Notes under the pieces: generated by a model | Database searches by the model: none | Seen by the model: only the letters and a program-made list of their open reading frames with translations | What the model was told of the DNA's origin: nothing | Position numbers and translations under genes: made by a program | From: Squalus acanthias | Taxonomy: Eukaryota | Direction: 5' to 3' | DNA: 64,000 nt | Assembly (NCBI GenBank): GCA_030390025.1 | Contig: CM059431.1 | Span: forward strand, 142,478,001 to 142,542,000 | Shown: positions 25,101 through 37,100 of the stretch, in pieces | Layout: each line of letters starts with the position of its first letter | How positions within the stretch are numbered: position 1 is the first letter of the stretch

Positions 25101-28100
25101 AAACCCTGGATCTGATATATTTTTCTCTCTCGGATATTAGAGCAATCACAAACTTTTTCAGGAAATTAATAACCCGGTTTTCCTGTCACTGACAATGAAT
25201 CTCACTCTGTCCACTCCCCATATATTCAGGGACTATCAGTAAATGTATTTATTAAATAAAGTGCTGTCTGTGTGAAGCCTTTAAATGTCCCTCAATCTGG
25301 TCTCATTCCCTGATGATCAGAATTACCCTCCTGGAGCTCAGTGACCGGCCCCATCATGTTTGGGGAAACTTGTCCCATTCCTGCTGCTCCTAAAATCCTG
25401 GATTTTATGGGAATGCGGCGATTTTCCCGGAATTAAATGATAAAGCGGTGATTCCCTGTACTTTATACTCTGTGCATTATATTAAGCTGTATAATATGAC
25501 GGGGTGAGTTATATTGTGAAACGGCGCTAACTGCTGCTGTAAAATCCGTCCCCCAGGATTCTGTACAACAAGGAGAGTTTATTCTGCCCCGTTACAAGTT
25601 TTAAATCTCCCTGTGCTCCTAGTTTACAGGGGAGGGGAGTCTCACTTTATCCCATTAAACTGGCTCTACATTTATTTCAGGTGTAACTGGCCCGACAGTT
25701 TTGGGGGAATTTTCGGAAGTTCCCTCCCCGAGTGGGGCCTCACACACAGGGGGCGGATTATGGGGAATTCCCGGGTTCACTGCCCCCGGTTTACCCAGGA
25801 GCCGCCCGCTGTGTGCGAGGCCCCACCGCTGGCCGGTGTGTGTCTGTACTCCGGGGTAAATACCCCACAACACGTTAGATTGGAACATCTTTACCGGCAG
25901 ATTTTAGCACTCAAATGTCACTGAAGCGTCGGCCCGGATTACGAGCGTGTGGCCTGAATCCACGACCCTCTGACTCAGAGGGACGAGTCTTGCCAGCTGT
26001 GCGAAGTAATGGTGGATGTATTGGAGAGTGTCAAGGGCGGTGTCATTGATGAGTTAAGATAATGCACTGACGCCCTGTGGGGAATGCTCCGCTCGCCCAC
26101 TGGTGGTTGACTGCTTGAAGTCTGTGTTTCGCTCTTTTACTGAATGTTTGGTATTTGATTCCCTCTCCTACACACGATGACAGTCCGATGACTGTCTCTT
26201 GCGCCGACACCTCGAGAAGAGGATCGGATGCCCCGACACACGAACTGCTGCAGTGAGTGTCTGTCTATGTGAGTAACAGTGAGAAGGAGCCTCTTCAATG
26301 GACGTATCTTAGGCAGTTAGAAAATAGCAATAAATATGATTTGTTGTAATTAAATTATCAGACTCTCAGTGACTTGTATTTGCTGATATGATAAATCCTG
26401 TAAAATCCCTACTTGTTCACAAGGATCAATGTTAGATTCTCCAGTCCTTAGGGAATTTCTAACCGATCCTCTTATTATTGGTCATATTTGTGTTGAATCT
26501 GCTTCTTTCTGGATTAACTGAACTGTTTGCTTCACTTCATTACGGAGCAACAACACAACCCGTGACTGTTCTACAATTCACCCAACAGTTAGAGACAAAT
26601 AAACAGTTACCTCAACTCACGGCATTTGTGCAGTACGGGTCCCAGACGCTGGAGTCCTTCACACTGAATGTTGCAGTTCCATAGATCGAGGTGTTTTATT
26701 GTATCACAGAGTCCAATGACATGAGACAGGACCACACAGTCAATCGGGGTCAGTCGCAATCCACTAAATTTAAGTGTTTCCACAGATCCCACTGTTTTCC
26801 GAGCCAGTGCTTTATTCTGAGACTCAAACAGGTAGTGGAATGTGTTCAGGAGGTTCCTTTGATCAGTTTCACTCGCTAAGTTTCCAATCTGTCTTTCAAC
26901 CTTCTCCTTCACCCAATCAATAACTCGGCAGGTGGTTTGATGAAGAAATGGCCCCAGAAACTCCTCCAGGGGCCGAGCTGCCTGTGGGGAGGAGAGACCA
27001 GCAACAAAACGGAGAAATATCTCAAATCGCCCATCTTCCTTGCTGTGGGATTCTCTGAGGAGTTTCAGGGTGTCCCCAAGATCTGGAGTCAGGAATTGTG
27101 CGAGTGCGGCTACAAACTCTTGGATGGTGAGGTGCGGGAATGTGTACACCACGCTCTGGGCAGAATCATCTCTCTCCAAAAGTTCCATCATGAACCCAGA
27201 CAGGAACTGGGAAGGTTGCAGATTGTAATTGATCAAATCTCCATTACTAAACACAATCTTCTTCTCGGAGACTCCTGTGAAGGCCATCTCACCAAGCTTC
27301 AGTAACACATCACGGGGGCTTTCAATCTCTCGGCCATGGTTTTTCAGAATGTTGTAAATATAGTAGGAATATAGTTGGGTGATGGTCTTGGGAACTCGCT
27401 GCTGATTCCTGTCTCTTTGTGTAAAGAAGGGGCCCAGTGACAGACCGAGGATCCAGCAATAGGAAGGGTTGTAGCACATGGTGTACAGGATCTCGTTCTC
27501 CTCCACATGTTTGAAAACAGCTGCTGCCACCTTCTGATCTTCAAAAAACTTGTTGAAATATTCCTTCCGTTCTTCACCAACAAATCCCAGGATTTCAGCC
27601 CAGACACTGATCTCAGCCTTTTCCAATAAATGTAATGCAGTGGGGCGGCTGGTCACTAGCACTGAACATCCTGGGAGCAGCTTGTGCTGTATTAAACTGT
27701 ACACAATGTCAGACACTTCACACCAGTCTTCAGGATCTGTGCACATGTGCTGAGGTTCTGTATTTCTCCGATTGTCAGAAAAATCGATCCTATCATTGAA
27801 TTCATCCAAACCATCGAATATAAACAGCAATCCCTCTGGGTTCTTCCAGAGCTCTCCCAGAATATTCCCAAAGTAAGGATACTGATCCAGTATCAGATTC
27901 CTCAGGTTTATTCGACAGTTAAGAGCGTTCAAATCCTGGAATTTAAAGCTGAAAACAAATTGAAAGTGTGGGTATATTTTCCCAGTGGCCCAGTCATGAA
28001 CAATCTTTTGTACCATTGTTGTTTTTCCAATCCCCGCGACTCCACTCACTGCTCCTGAACTCCCAGATTTGGATTTTCTCTGGGAAAAACTGCTCTGGAA

Positions 28101-31100
28101 CAATTGATCCGTTCTGATTTTCTCCAGTTCTCCCCGGAGATGTTTCTCTCTCCACTCTTCATGATCTCGGCCTCTTGCCAGCAGTTCATGTTCTACAAGT
28201 GTCCGATCTCGAACAGTAGAAATGACCGTTAGCTCAGCGTATCGATCAACCAGCTGGAAAATCTTAACCTTCTCCTTTATTAGGATAGTGTTCACTCTCA
28301 GTGTTTCAGTTTTCACCCGGAGAGTTTCCTTGTGTTTCTGTTGAACATCTTTAATTAGAACAGACAGAAAGTGGTTCTCAGTGTTAGTTGTATTGAAATA
28401 AAAACTTCTCAATACCATTTCGCTATTCAGTAAAATATTTTAATTTAATTTTAATTTAAAGCTTCAATAGAGGTGTGTGTAGAAATTAAACTCAGTTAAT
28501 GAAAACTTCGCTTGAAAGTGAACAATGTCCGAGAAAAGTTTCAAATCCTCACTTGATTCTAATATTCACTGAACCTGGAGATTTCTATGAAGGTGATGTT
28601 TTCCCTCTGATGGTTAATACAATCCGTCCTGCCCTGTGCTATAGACATCTCATTACAAATACACGCATGATCCTGTTTATACGACAGTAGAGGTTCTAGT
28701 GGATCAATCTCTGAAACCATCAGCGGTGCTTCCCATCTGCAGCAGTGGAGAACGGGACTGATTGCTCACCGAGAGGGACAATGTGCAGAAGATCCACCAT
28801 TAGTGTGTCAGGTCCTGGGCAGGTTATCTGGGTTAGTGCGGGTACTGGGAGAGGGACAGACTGTGAATGTACAGAATTTCCACTGTTTTTGTATCAGACC
28901 GTGGGCATGTTTTCCGAGGTAGTGTGCGCACTGGAGAGGGACAGACTGTGAATGACCAGGAATCCCAGCGTTATTGTATCAGATCTTGGAGAGGTTATCT
29001 GGGGTAGTGTGGGTACTGAGAGAGGGGTAGACTGTGAAAAGAGAGAGTTTCCACCACAAGTGCGTCAGTTCCTTAGCAGGTATTGTGTGCACTTTTAATC
29101 ACAGGAAGAATGTTTTTGCAATGTTGAAGGTGCAGAGAGGAAAGGGTGCGGCGTTAGCTTTGCTTCGATTGGAAGAGAGTTCAGATATTGAAATATTGAC
29201 CAGAATTTCTAACTGAATACACAAAATTAATACCGGAATGAGATTTACAATGAGGATAATTAATTAACAGAAAAAAGTACACTAAGAAGCCAGGAGTAAG
29301 AAGGGAGATCATAGTAATCTTTTCTCACCAAAGGGTAATAGAGCGGGAGACCAGGTACCAGGGAGGACACTAAGCGGCAGTGTAATTGGGGACAAGAGAC
29401 AATTGGTTATGTTTATGTGGATAGACTGAGAGGAGGGGCAGGTGGGTTCATCTCGAACAGGGACAGACTTGTTTGGACCAAAGTGGCCTTTAGTTTCCCT
29501 AAACATCCTCCTGTTGTGTTTCAGAAAATGTGAATAGTTTTTCAGTGATTTTACACTTACATTATTTTTATATAAAAGTCTCAACAGATAACCAATTAGA
29601 ATCAGAAATAGAACTACCGCCCACTTCACACAGCATTATGTCAGGGAAGACAAGATTGAGTGTTCATTTCAACAGTTACAATAATTACACTCCATCGTTT
29701 CAGTTGGATACAAGTTTCCTACAATGTATTTTTGAAAATTACAAATATGTTTCTGATAATCAGTAAATTAGGATTCAAAACACTCCTGAATGAAAGTGCG
29801 TTTCTTTCAGTACAACAAGCTTCTCTGTGCCGATTTCGAATATTTCACTGCCAGTGGGATTCGGTCCAAGCAATTTCGAATGAGCCATTACACTGCCTTT
29901 ACCTTACATTACACCTCCGTTAATGTTTGATTGTGTGAACATCTGTACATCTTCTCAAATTGGATCAAACACTATCGGACAATTCATGATGTCATGTAAT
30001 ATTAACTGTTTCCAATTTCTCTACAATTTTCCTATAAGGTTTATGCTGGATAGCAGCCATTGGGCACAGGTAACTTCAACATCAGGATCAAGGACTTTTG
30101 TTTCACAGGGTATAACGATCTGGCCATCTATGCACGGGATTTCACAGCGCATCAGAATCCTGCCAGGTGTGTATGGGGTTTCACAGTGTATCAGGATCCT
30201 GCCAGGTGTGTATGGGGTTTCACAGTATATCAGAATCCTGCCAGGTGTGTATGGGGTTTCCACAGTGAATCAGGATCCTGCCAGGTGTGTATGGGGTTTC
30301 ACAGTGTATCATGATCCTGCCAGGTGTATATGGGGTTTCACAGTGTATCATGATCCTGCCAGGTGTATATGGGGTTTCACAGTGTATCAGGATCCTGCCA
30401 GGTGTGTATGGGGTTTCACAGTGTATCATGATCCTGCCAGGTGTATATGGGGTTTCACAGTGTATCATGATCCTGCCAGGTGTATATGGGGTTTCACAGT
30501 GTATCATGATCCTGCCAGGTGTATATGGGGTTTCACAGTGTATCAGGATCCTGCCAGGTGTATATGGGGTTTCACAGTGTATCAGGATCCTGCCAGGTGT
30601 GTATGGGGTTTCACAGTGTATCATGATCCTGCCAGGTGTATATGGGGTTTCACAGTGTATCATGATCCTGCCAGGTGTATATGGGGTTTCACAGTGTATC
30701 ATGATCCTGCCAGGTGTATATGGGGTTTCACAGTGTATCAGGATCCTGCCAGGTGTGTATGGGGTTTCACAGTGTATCAGGATCCTGCCAGGTGTGTATG
30801 GGGTTGCACAGTGTATTAGGATCCTGCCAGGTGTGTATGAGGTTTCCTAAAATGGTGTTTTGGTTTGGCTGAGGGAAAATTTAGAAATCTAATGGAGAAA
30901 TGTCAAGGCAATAGAACAGTGTACCGATTTGGGTAAAAATATTGAGGGTGCGCCAGCAAGGGACAGAGTTTAACAGGAGCAGCGCAGCAGAGATTAAGAT
31001 CAAATCAGGGAATAATTGTAAAAATATTAAAAGAAAGGCTCTTTATCTGATTGCACTCAGCATTCAAGCAAGATAGATGAACTAGTGCCACAAATAGAGA

Positions 31101-34100
31101 TAAATAGGTTTGATCTAATAGTCATTACAAAGACTTGGTTGCAAGGTGACCAAAGTTGGGAAGTAAATGTTCCAGGGCACTTGACATTTCTAAAAAAGAC
31201 AGGCAGAATGGAAAAGGAGTGGGGTAGCATTGATAATAGAGAATGACGTAACGACAGTAGAGAGAAAGGACCTCGGCTCGGAAGATCAGGAAGTAGAATC
31301 AGTATGGGTGGAGGTCAGGAATAACAAGGGGCAGAAAACATTGATGGGAGTAGTATATAGGCTCCCTAACAGTAGCTATACCTTTGGACAGAATATCAAT
31401 CAAAAAATAGTAGGAGCTTTTAACAAAGGTATTGCAATAATCATGGGGAACTATAATCTTCATATAGACTGGACAATCAAATTGGCAAATGTAGTCTGGA
31501 GGACGAGTTCATGGAATGCATTTGGGACAATTTCCTAGAACAATACGTCATGGAACCATCCAGGGATCAGGCTATTTTAGATCTTGTATTGTGGAATGAG
31601 ACAGGTTTACTTAGCAATGTTATGGTAAAGGTTCCTCTCGGACAGCGTGACCATAATATGATAGGCAAGTCACGCTCAAACTTAACGTGAAATCCTAAGT
31701 CCGAAACTAGTCTTAAACATAAATAAAGCCAATTACATAGGTATGAGGGGCGAGTTGGCTAAGGTAGATTGGAAAAATAGGTTAAAATGTATGGCGGTAG
31801 ATAAGCAGTGGCTAGCATTTGAAGAAATATTTCATAATTCTCAACAAAAATACATTCCATCGAGAAACAAAAATTCCACGGGAAAAGTGATCCAACTTTG
31901 GCTAACTAAAGTAGTTAAGGATAGCATTAGATTGAAATAAGAAGCTTATAATGTTGTGAAGAATAGTAGTAAGCCGGAGGATTGGGAGAGTTTCAGAAGC
32001 CAGCAAAGGGTGACCAGAAAATTGATAAAAAGGGAAAAATTGAATATGAGAGAAAGCTAGCAAGAAATATAAAAACAGATTGTAAGAGTTTCTACAAGTA
32101 TGTAAAAAGAAAGAGAGAGTAGCAAAAGTAAATGTTGGTCCTTTAGAGGATGAGACAGGAGAAATTTATTATGGAGTATAAAGAAATGGCAGAAACGTTA
32201 AACAAATATTTTGTTTCTGTCTTCACAGTAGAAGCCAGAAAAAGCATAGTAAAAATGGCCGGGAACCAAGGGTCTAATGAGGGTGAGGTACGTAATGTAA
32301 TTAATATAAATAGAGAACAACTACTAGCGAAGCTAATGGGACTAAAACCCGCCAAATCCCCTGGATCAGACGGCCTGCATCCTAGGGTTCCAAAAGAGGT
32401 GGCTGCAGAGTTAGTGGATGCAATTGTTTAGATCATCCAAAATTCCCTAGACTCCAGAATGGTCCCAGCAGATTGGAAGGTAGCAAATGTAACACAGCTG
32501 TTCAGCAAAGGAGGGAGAGTAATAACAGGGAACTACAGGCCAGTTAGCCTATCAGACGTCGGGAAAATGCTGGAATCCATTGCTAAGAAAATGGTGTAAG
32601 GGCACTTAGAAAGTCATAACATGATGTGGGGTTCCGCAGGGCTCAGTACTCGGTCCCTTGTTTTTTGTGGTAGATAGCAATGATTTAGACTTGAATGCAG
32701 GGGGTAGGATTAAGAAGTTTGCAGATGATACTAAAATCGGCTGTGTGGTTGATAATGAAGAAACCACCCGTAGACTGCAGGAAGATATCAATGAACTGAT
32801 CAGGTGGGTAGAACAGTGGCAAATGGAATTCAATCCAGAGAAGTGTGAGGTAATGCATTTGGGGAGGGCCAACAAGGAAAGGGAATACACATTAAATGGT
32901 AGGACTCTGAGAAGTTTAGAGGAACAATGGGACCTTGGAGTGCAGGTCAACAGATCCCTGAAGATAGCAGGCCAAGTAGGTAAGGTGGTTAAGAAGGCAT
33001 ACGGAATACTTGCCTTTATTAGCCGAGGCATAGAATACAAGAGCAAGGAGCTTATGCTTGAACTGCATAAAACACTAGTTAGGCCACAGCTCGAATACTA
33101 CGTGCAGTTCTGGTCACCACATTACAGGAAGGATGTGATTGCACTAGAGGGGGTGCAGAGGAGATTTACGAGGATGTTTCCTGGACTGGGGAATTTTAGC
33201 TACAAGGAAAGATTGGATAGGCTGGGTTTGTTTTCTTTGGAACAGAGGAGGCCGAGCGGAGACCTTATTGAGGTGTATAAAATTATGAGGGGCCTAGATA
33301 GGGTGGATAGGAAGGACCTAGTTCCCTTAGCAGAGTGGTCAACAACCAGGGGGCATTTAAACAATATTTAATGTAATTGGTAGGAGGTTTAAAGGGGATT
33401 TGAGGAGAAATGTCTTCACCCAGAGGGTGGAGGGGGTCTGGAACTCACTGCCTGAAAAGGTGGTAGAGGCAGAAATCCTAACAACATTTAAAAAGTAGTT
33501 TAATGTGCACTTGGGATGCTGTAACCTGCAGGGCTACGGACCAAGTGCTGGGAAGTGGGATTAGGCTGGATAGCTCTTTGTTGGCCGGCACGGACATGAT
33601 GGACCGAAATGGCCTCCTTCCGTGCTGTAAATTTCTATGATTCTATGATTAGACAGAGTTAACATTGTTTTATGAAAGGAAATCGTGACTGACAAATTTA
33701 TTACAGATTTTGAAGCTGTACAAAAGAGGGTGTATAAAGGGGAATCATTGGATGTAGTATTTTTGGATTTCCAAAAAGGCATTCTATAAGGTGCCACATA
33801 AAAGGTTATTACACAAGATAGAGTTATGACTATTACTCTATAAGGGCTCATGGGATTGGGGGTAATATAGTGGCATGGATAGAGGATTGGTTAACAGACA
33901 GAAAACAGAGTAGGGATAATTGGGTCTTTTTCAGGTTGGAAGGCTGTAACTAGTGGGGTGCTGCAAGGATCAGTGTTGGGGTCTTAGCTATTTACAATCT
34001 ATATTAATGACCTAGATGAAGGCACCGAGTGTAATGTATCCAAGTTTGCTGACGATACAAAGCTAGGTGGAACAGTAAGCTGTGAGGAGGACACAAAGAG

Positions 34101-37100
34101 CCCGCAAAGGGATATAGATAGACTGAGTGAGTGGGCAATAAAGTGGCAGATGTAGTATAATATAGGGAAATGTGAGGTTATTCACTTTATTAGGAAGAAA
34201 AGAAAACCAGAATAGTTATTAAATGGTGAGAAACGTTTAAATGTTGGTGTTCAGAGAGATTTGGATGTCCTCATGTAAGAATCACAGAAAGCTAGCATGC
34301 AGGTACAGCAAGCAATAAGGAAGGCAATGGCATGTTGGCCTTTATTGCAAGGGGGTTGGCGTATAAGAGTGAGGAAGTCTTGTTACAATTGTACAGGGCC
34401 TTGGTGAGACCACACCTGGAGTACTGTGCACAGTTTTGGTCTCCTTATCTAAGGAAGGATATACTTGCTTTGGAGGCGGTGCAGCGAAGGTTCACCAGAT
34501 TGATTCCTGGGATGAGAGGGCTGTCCTATGATGAGAGATTGTGTAGAATGGGCCTATACTCTCTGGAGTTTAGAAAAATGAGAGGTGATCTCATTGAAAC
34601 ATACACGATTCTGAAGGGGATTGAAAGGGTAGATGACGAGAGGTTGTTTCCCCTTCCTGGAGTGTTTCGAACTAGGGGGCATAGTCTCAGGATAAGGGGT
34701 AGGCCATTTAGGACTGAGATGAGGAGGAATTTCTTCACCCAGAGAGTGGTGAACCTGTGGAATTCTCTAGCACAGAAGGCAGTTGAGACCAATTCAATAA
34801 ATATATTCGAGAAGCAGATGGATATATTTCTTAAGGCTAAAGGGATCAAGGGATATGGGGAGAAAGCAGGGACAGGGTTCTGAATTTGGATGATCAGCCA
34901 TGATCTCATTAAATGGCGGAGCAGGCTCAAGAGGCCGAATGGCCTACTCCTGCGCCTATCTTCTATGCTACGGTCAAACATTCTGTTCTCAGGGGTGAAG
35001 TAAGCGGTTTGAAATTTCATCACTTACCTGTCAGGTGACTGGGTACTTCGTATAAACCTTCTGCGATGTTCATGTACTTAAATGGATCAGAACCTGTTTA
35101 AATCAATGAACTTTCATGAAATCAGATCTGTGAAATATTATAGTAAAATCTTCAGTGTTTGAATCTGGACATTGAATTCAGTGTTTGATTTTACCGTACC
35201 AGGTTCCTGTATTTCTCTCAGTATTTTGTCCAGCTTTGGTAACCTGTGGCGCATTTTCACAAAGGATTCCCACATCACCCTTCGAGCCCCAGAGCCTTTC
35301 TCCATCACCAGAGTTAGGAGAAGTTTGGAACTGTCCGCCCGGTTTCCCTTCTCCGCGAGCTCAGTGACTTTCTGTAAAGAATAATGAATATATTGAGGAG
35401 CGGAGTGAAAGACAAACACTGAGAATGAAAAGGAAAGGATCTGCTCAGTGATGGGATCTCCCAGTTGTTTTGAGCACAGAAAGCAGTCACTGGGCCGGGT
35501 ACTGATCCATTCTGAACAGGGGGTGAATATTCTGTAAACATCTTGATTCACTCATTAATGGCAACAAAATGTGGTGAAACTAAAATAGAAATCAGAAATA
35601 TTGATCTAGGAGACCGAGGAATCACTGAGAATCAGCAGTAGTTTTAATGGGATTAGTTTTCTCTGTCCCTCAGTGTCCAACATGACATCAGGTTACTTAT
35701 TGACAATATGTTTCACTCGTTTCTCACACTTACTTCCTGATGTCACACTTTGTGATTAACTCCAGAAATAAAACAGCAGCGAATCAGAACTCCAGTGACA
35801 GGGAAGGGACGATTCTGAAGTGAGGGAAGCAGCTAGAAAACTGTGAGAAATTACACCGACTAATCGAAACAACCACTGTTGATTTATCGGTAAGGACAAT
35901 CTCGACCAATAATTATAATGAGAAAAAATATCCAATCACATTTTCCTCGGTAATTGAAATATGCGTAACCTTTAATTTGCACTCTCGCTGCCGGTGTGGA
36001 ACCTCGGTCACTTGGAGGACATGTCCAGCAACGGGGCTCGTGTAGTCACGAATGTCATCAACAGTTTCCATTGATATAGGGCCTTTAACGTAAAACAACG
36101 GCACAAGGTGTTTCACAGAGGCGGAATCAGACAATGCACCCGGGACAGAGGAGGATGTATTAGCAGGTGGCTAGGAGCTCGGGGAAAGGTAGGTTTTAAG
36201 GAGTCGAGGGAGGTGTAGAGGTGGGGGGGGGGTTCAGAAAATGAATTCCAGAGCGTGAGGCCAAAGAAAACTGAACGCTCGGCCAACAGTGGTGGTGTGA
36301 GGGAGGGGGTGCACTGGAGACCACAGCCAGAGCAACGGAAATGACAATAGCACGGGAGAGTTCTAGGGCTGGAGTCGGTTACAAAGATAGGCAGGGGCAA
36401 GGCCAGGTGTGGACGATGAGATTGTGGACAGTTTAGTTCAGCCTTAGGCAGTGGTCGGGGAGGGGGATAAAATTAAGTGGTGAGGAGGTGAGGTTTGTGG
36501 TGGGGGTAAAAGACGATGGCGTCAGTCTTCCCAGTGTTTAACTGGAGGAAAAATAATCTAAAACAACCTAAAGTTGAAGGGATAATTACTAGTCCTAGCC
36601 CCTTTAGGGCTACCCCGGGTCAGGTGTATTCCTCAGACGTTCACTTTCAACTAAAGTTTGAGGTAGCCGAATCCTAAAGACGCTTAATTGGGTCTAAAGG
36701 TCCGGACTATCTCTCCCTAGAGGAAAGGAACAACCTGAAAATGTTACCGTCCTCCAGATAGCACTTTTAATAAGTTGAGCTAGACTGTAACGTTCCGGAT
36801 ATTATGAGGGTCCGGAAAACTCCCCCAGAATTCTGCAACTCCTTACCAAAGAGTGTACAGAAATTGAGTTTGCGAGTTTGATACAGAAGTCTTATGTGAG
36901 ACAATTCTGAAAATATATAGATTTATTAAAGAACCAACATACAGTTTACAGTTGGTGAGTCAATCGCAACATTAACAGTTCCAAAAAGAGAATGCTTACA
37001 ATCTTATTATCAGAGATCCTTACTCTCAAATCTTAACTTCACTGCAGTTTTACAGTTCGTGGTTTTCTACAGGATATCCACCAAAATCAAATACCTTTGA

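Noticed and set aside
28349..28418. N-terminal MVLRSFYF... of the 603-aa ORF as the NLR start
   Set aside because: This is intronic sequence upstream of the acceptor at 28349-28350; the true upstream exons splice in phase 1.
29923..30850. 298-aa repetitive ORF or CRISPR-like array
   Set aside because: It is a head-to-tail 39-bp minisatellite with no unique spacers, in eukaryotic DNA with no cas genes.
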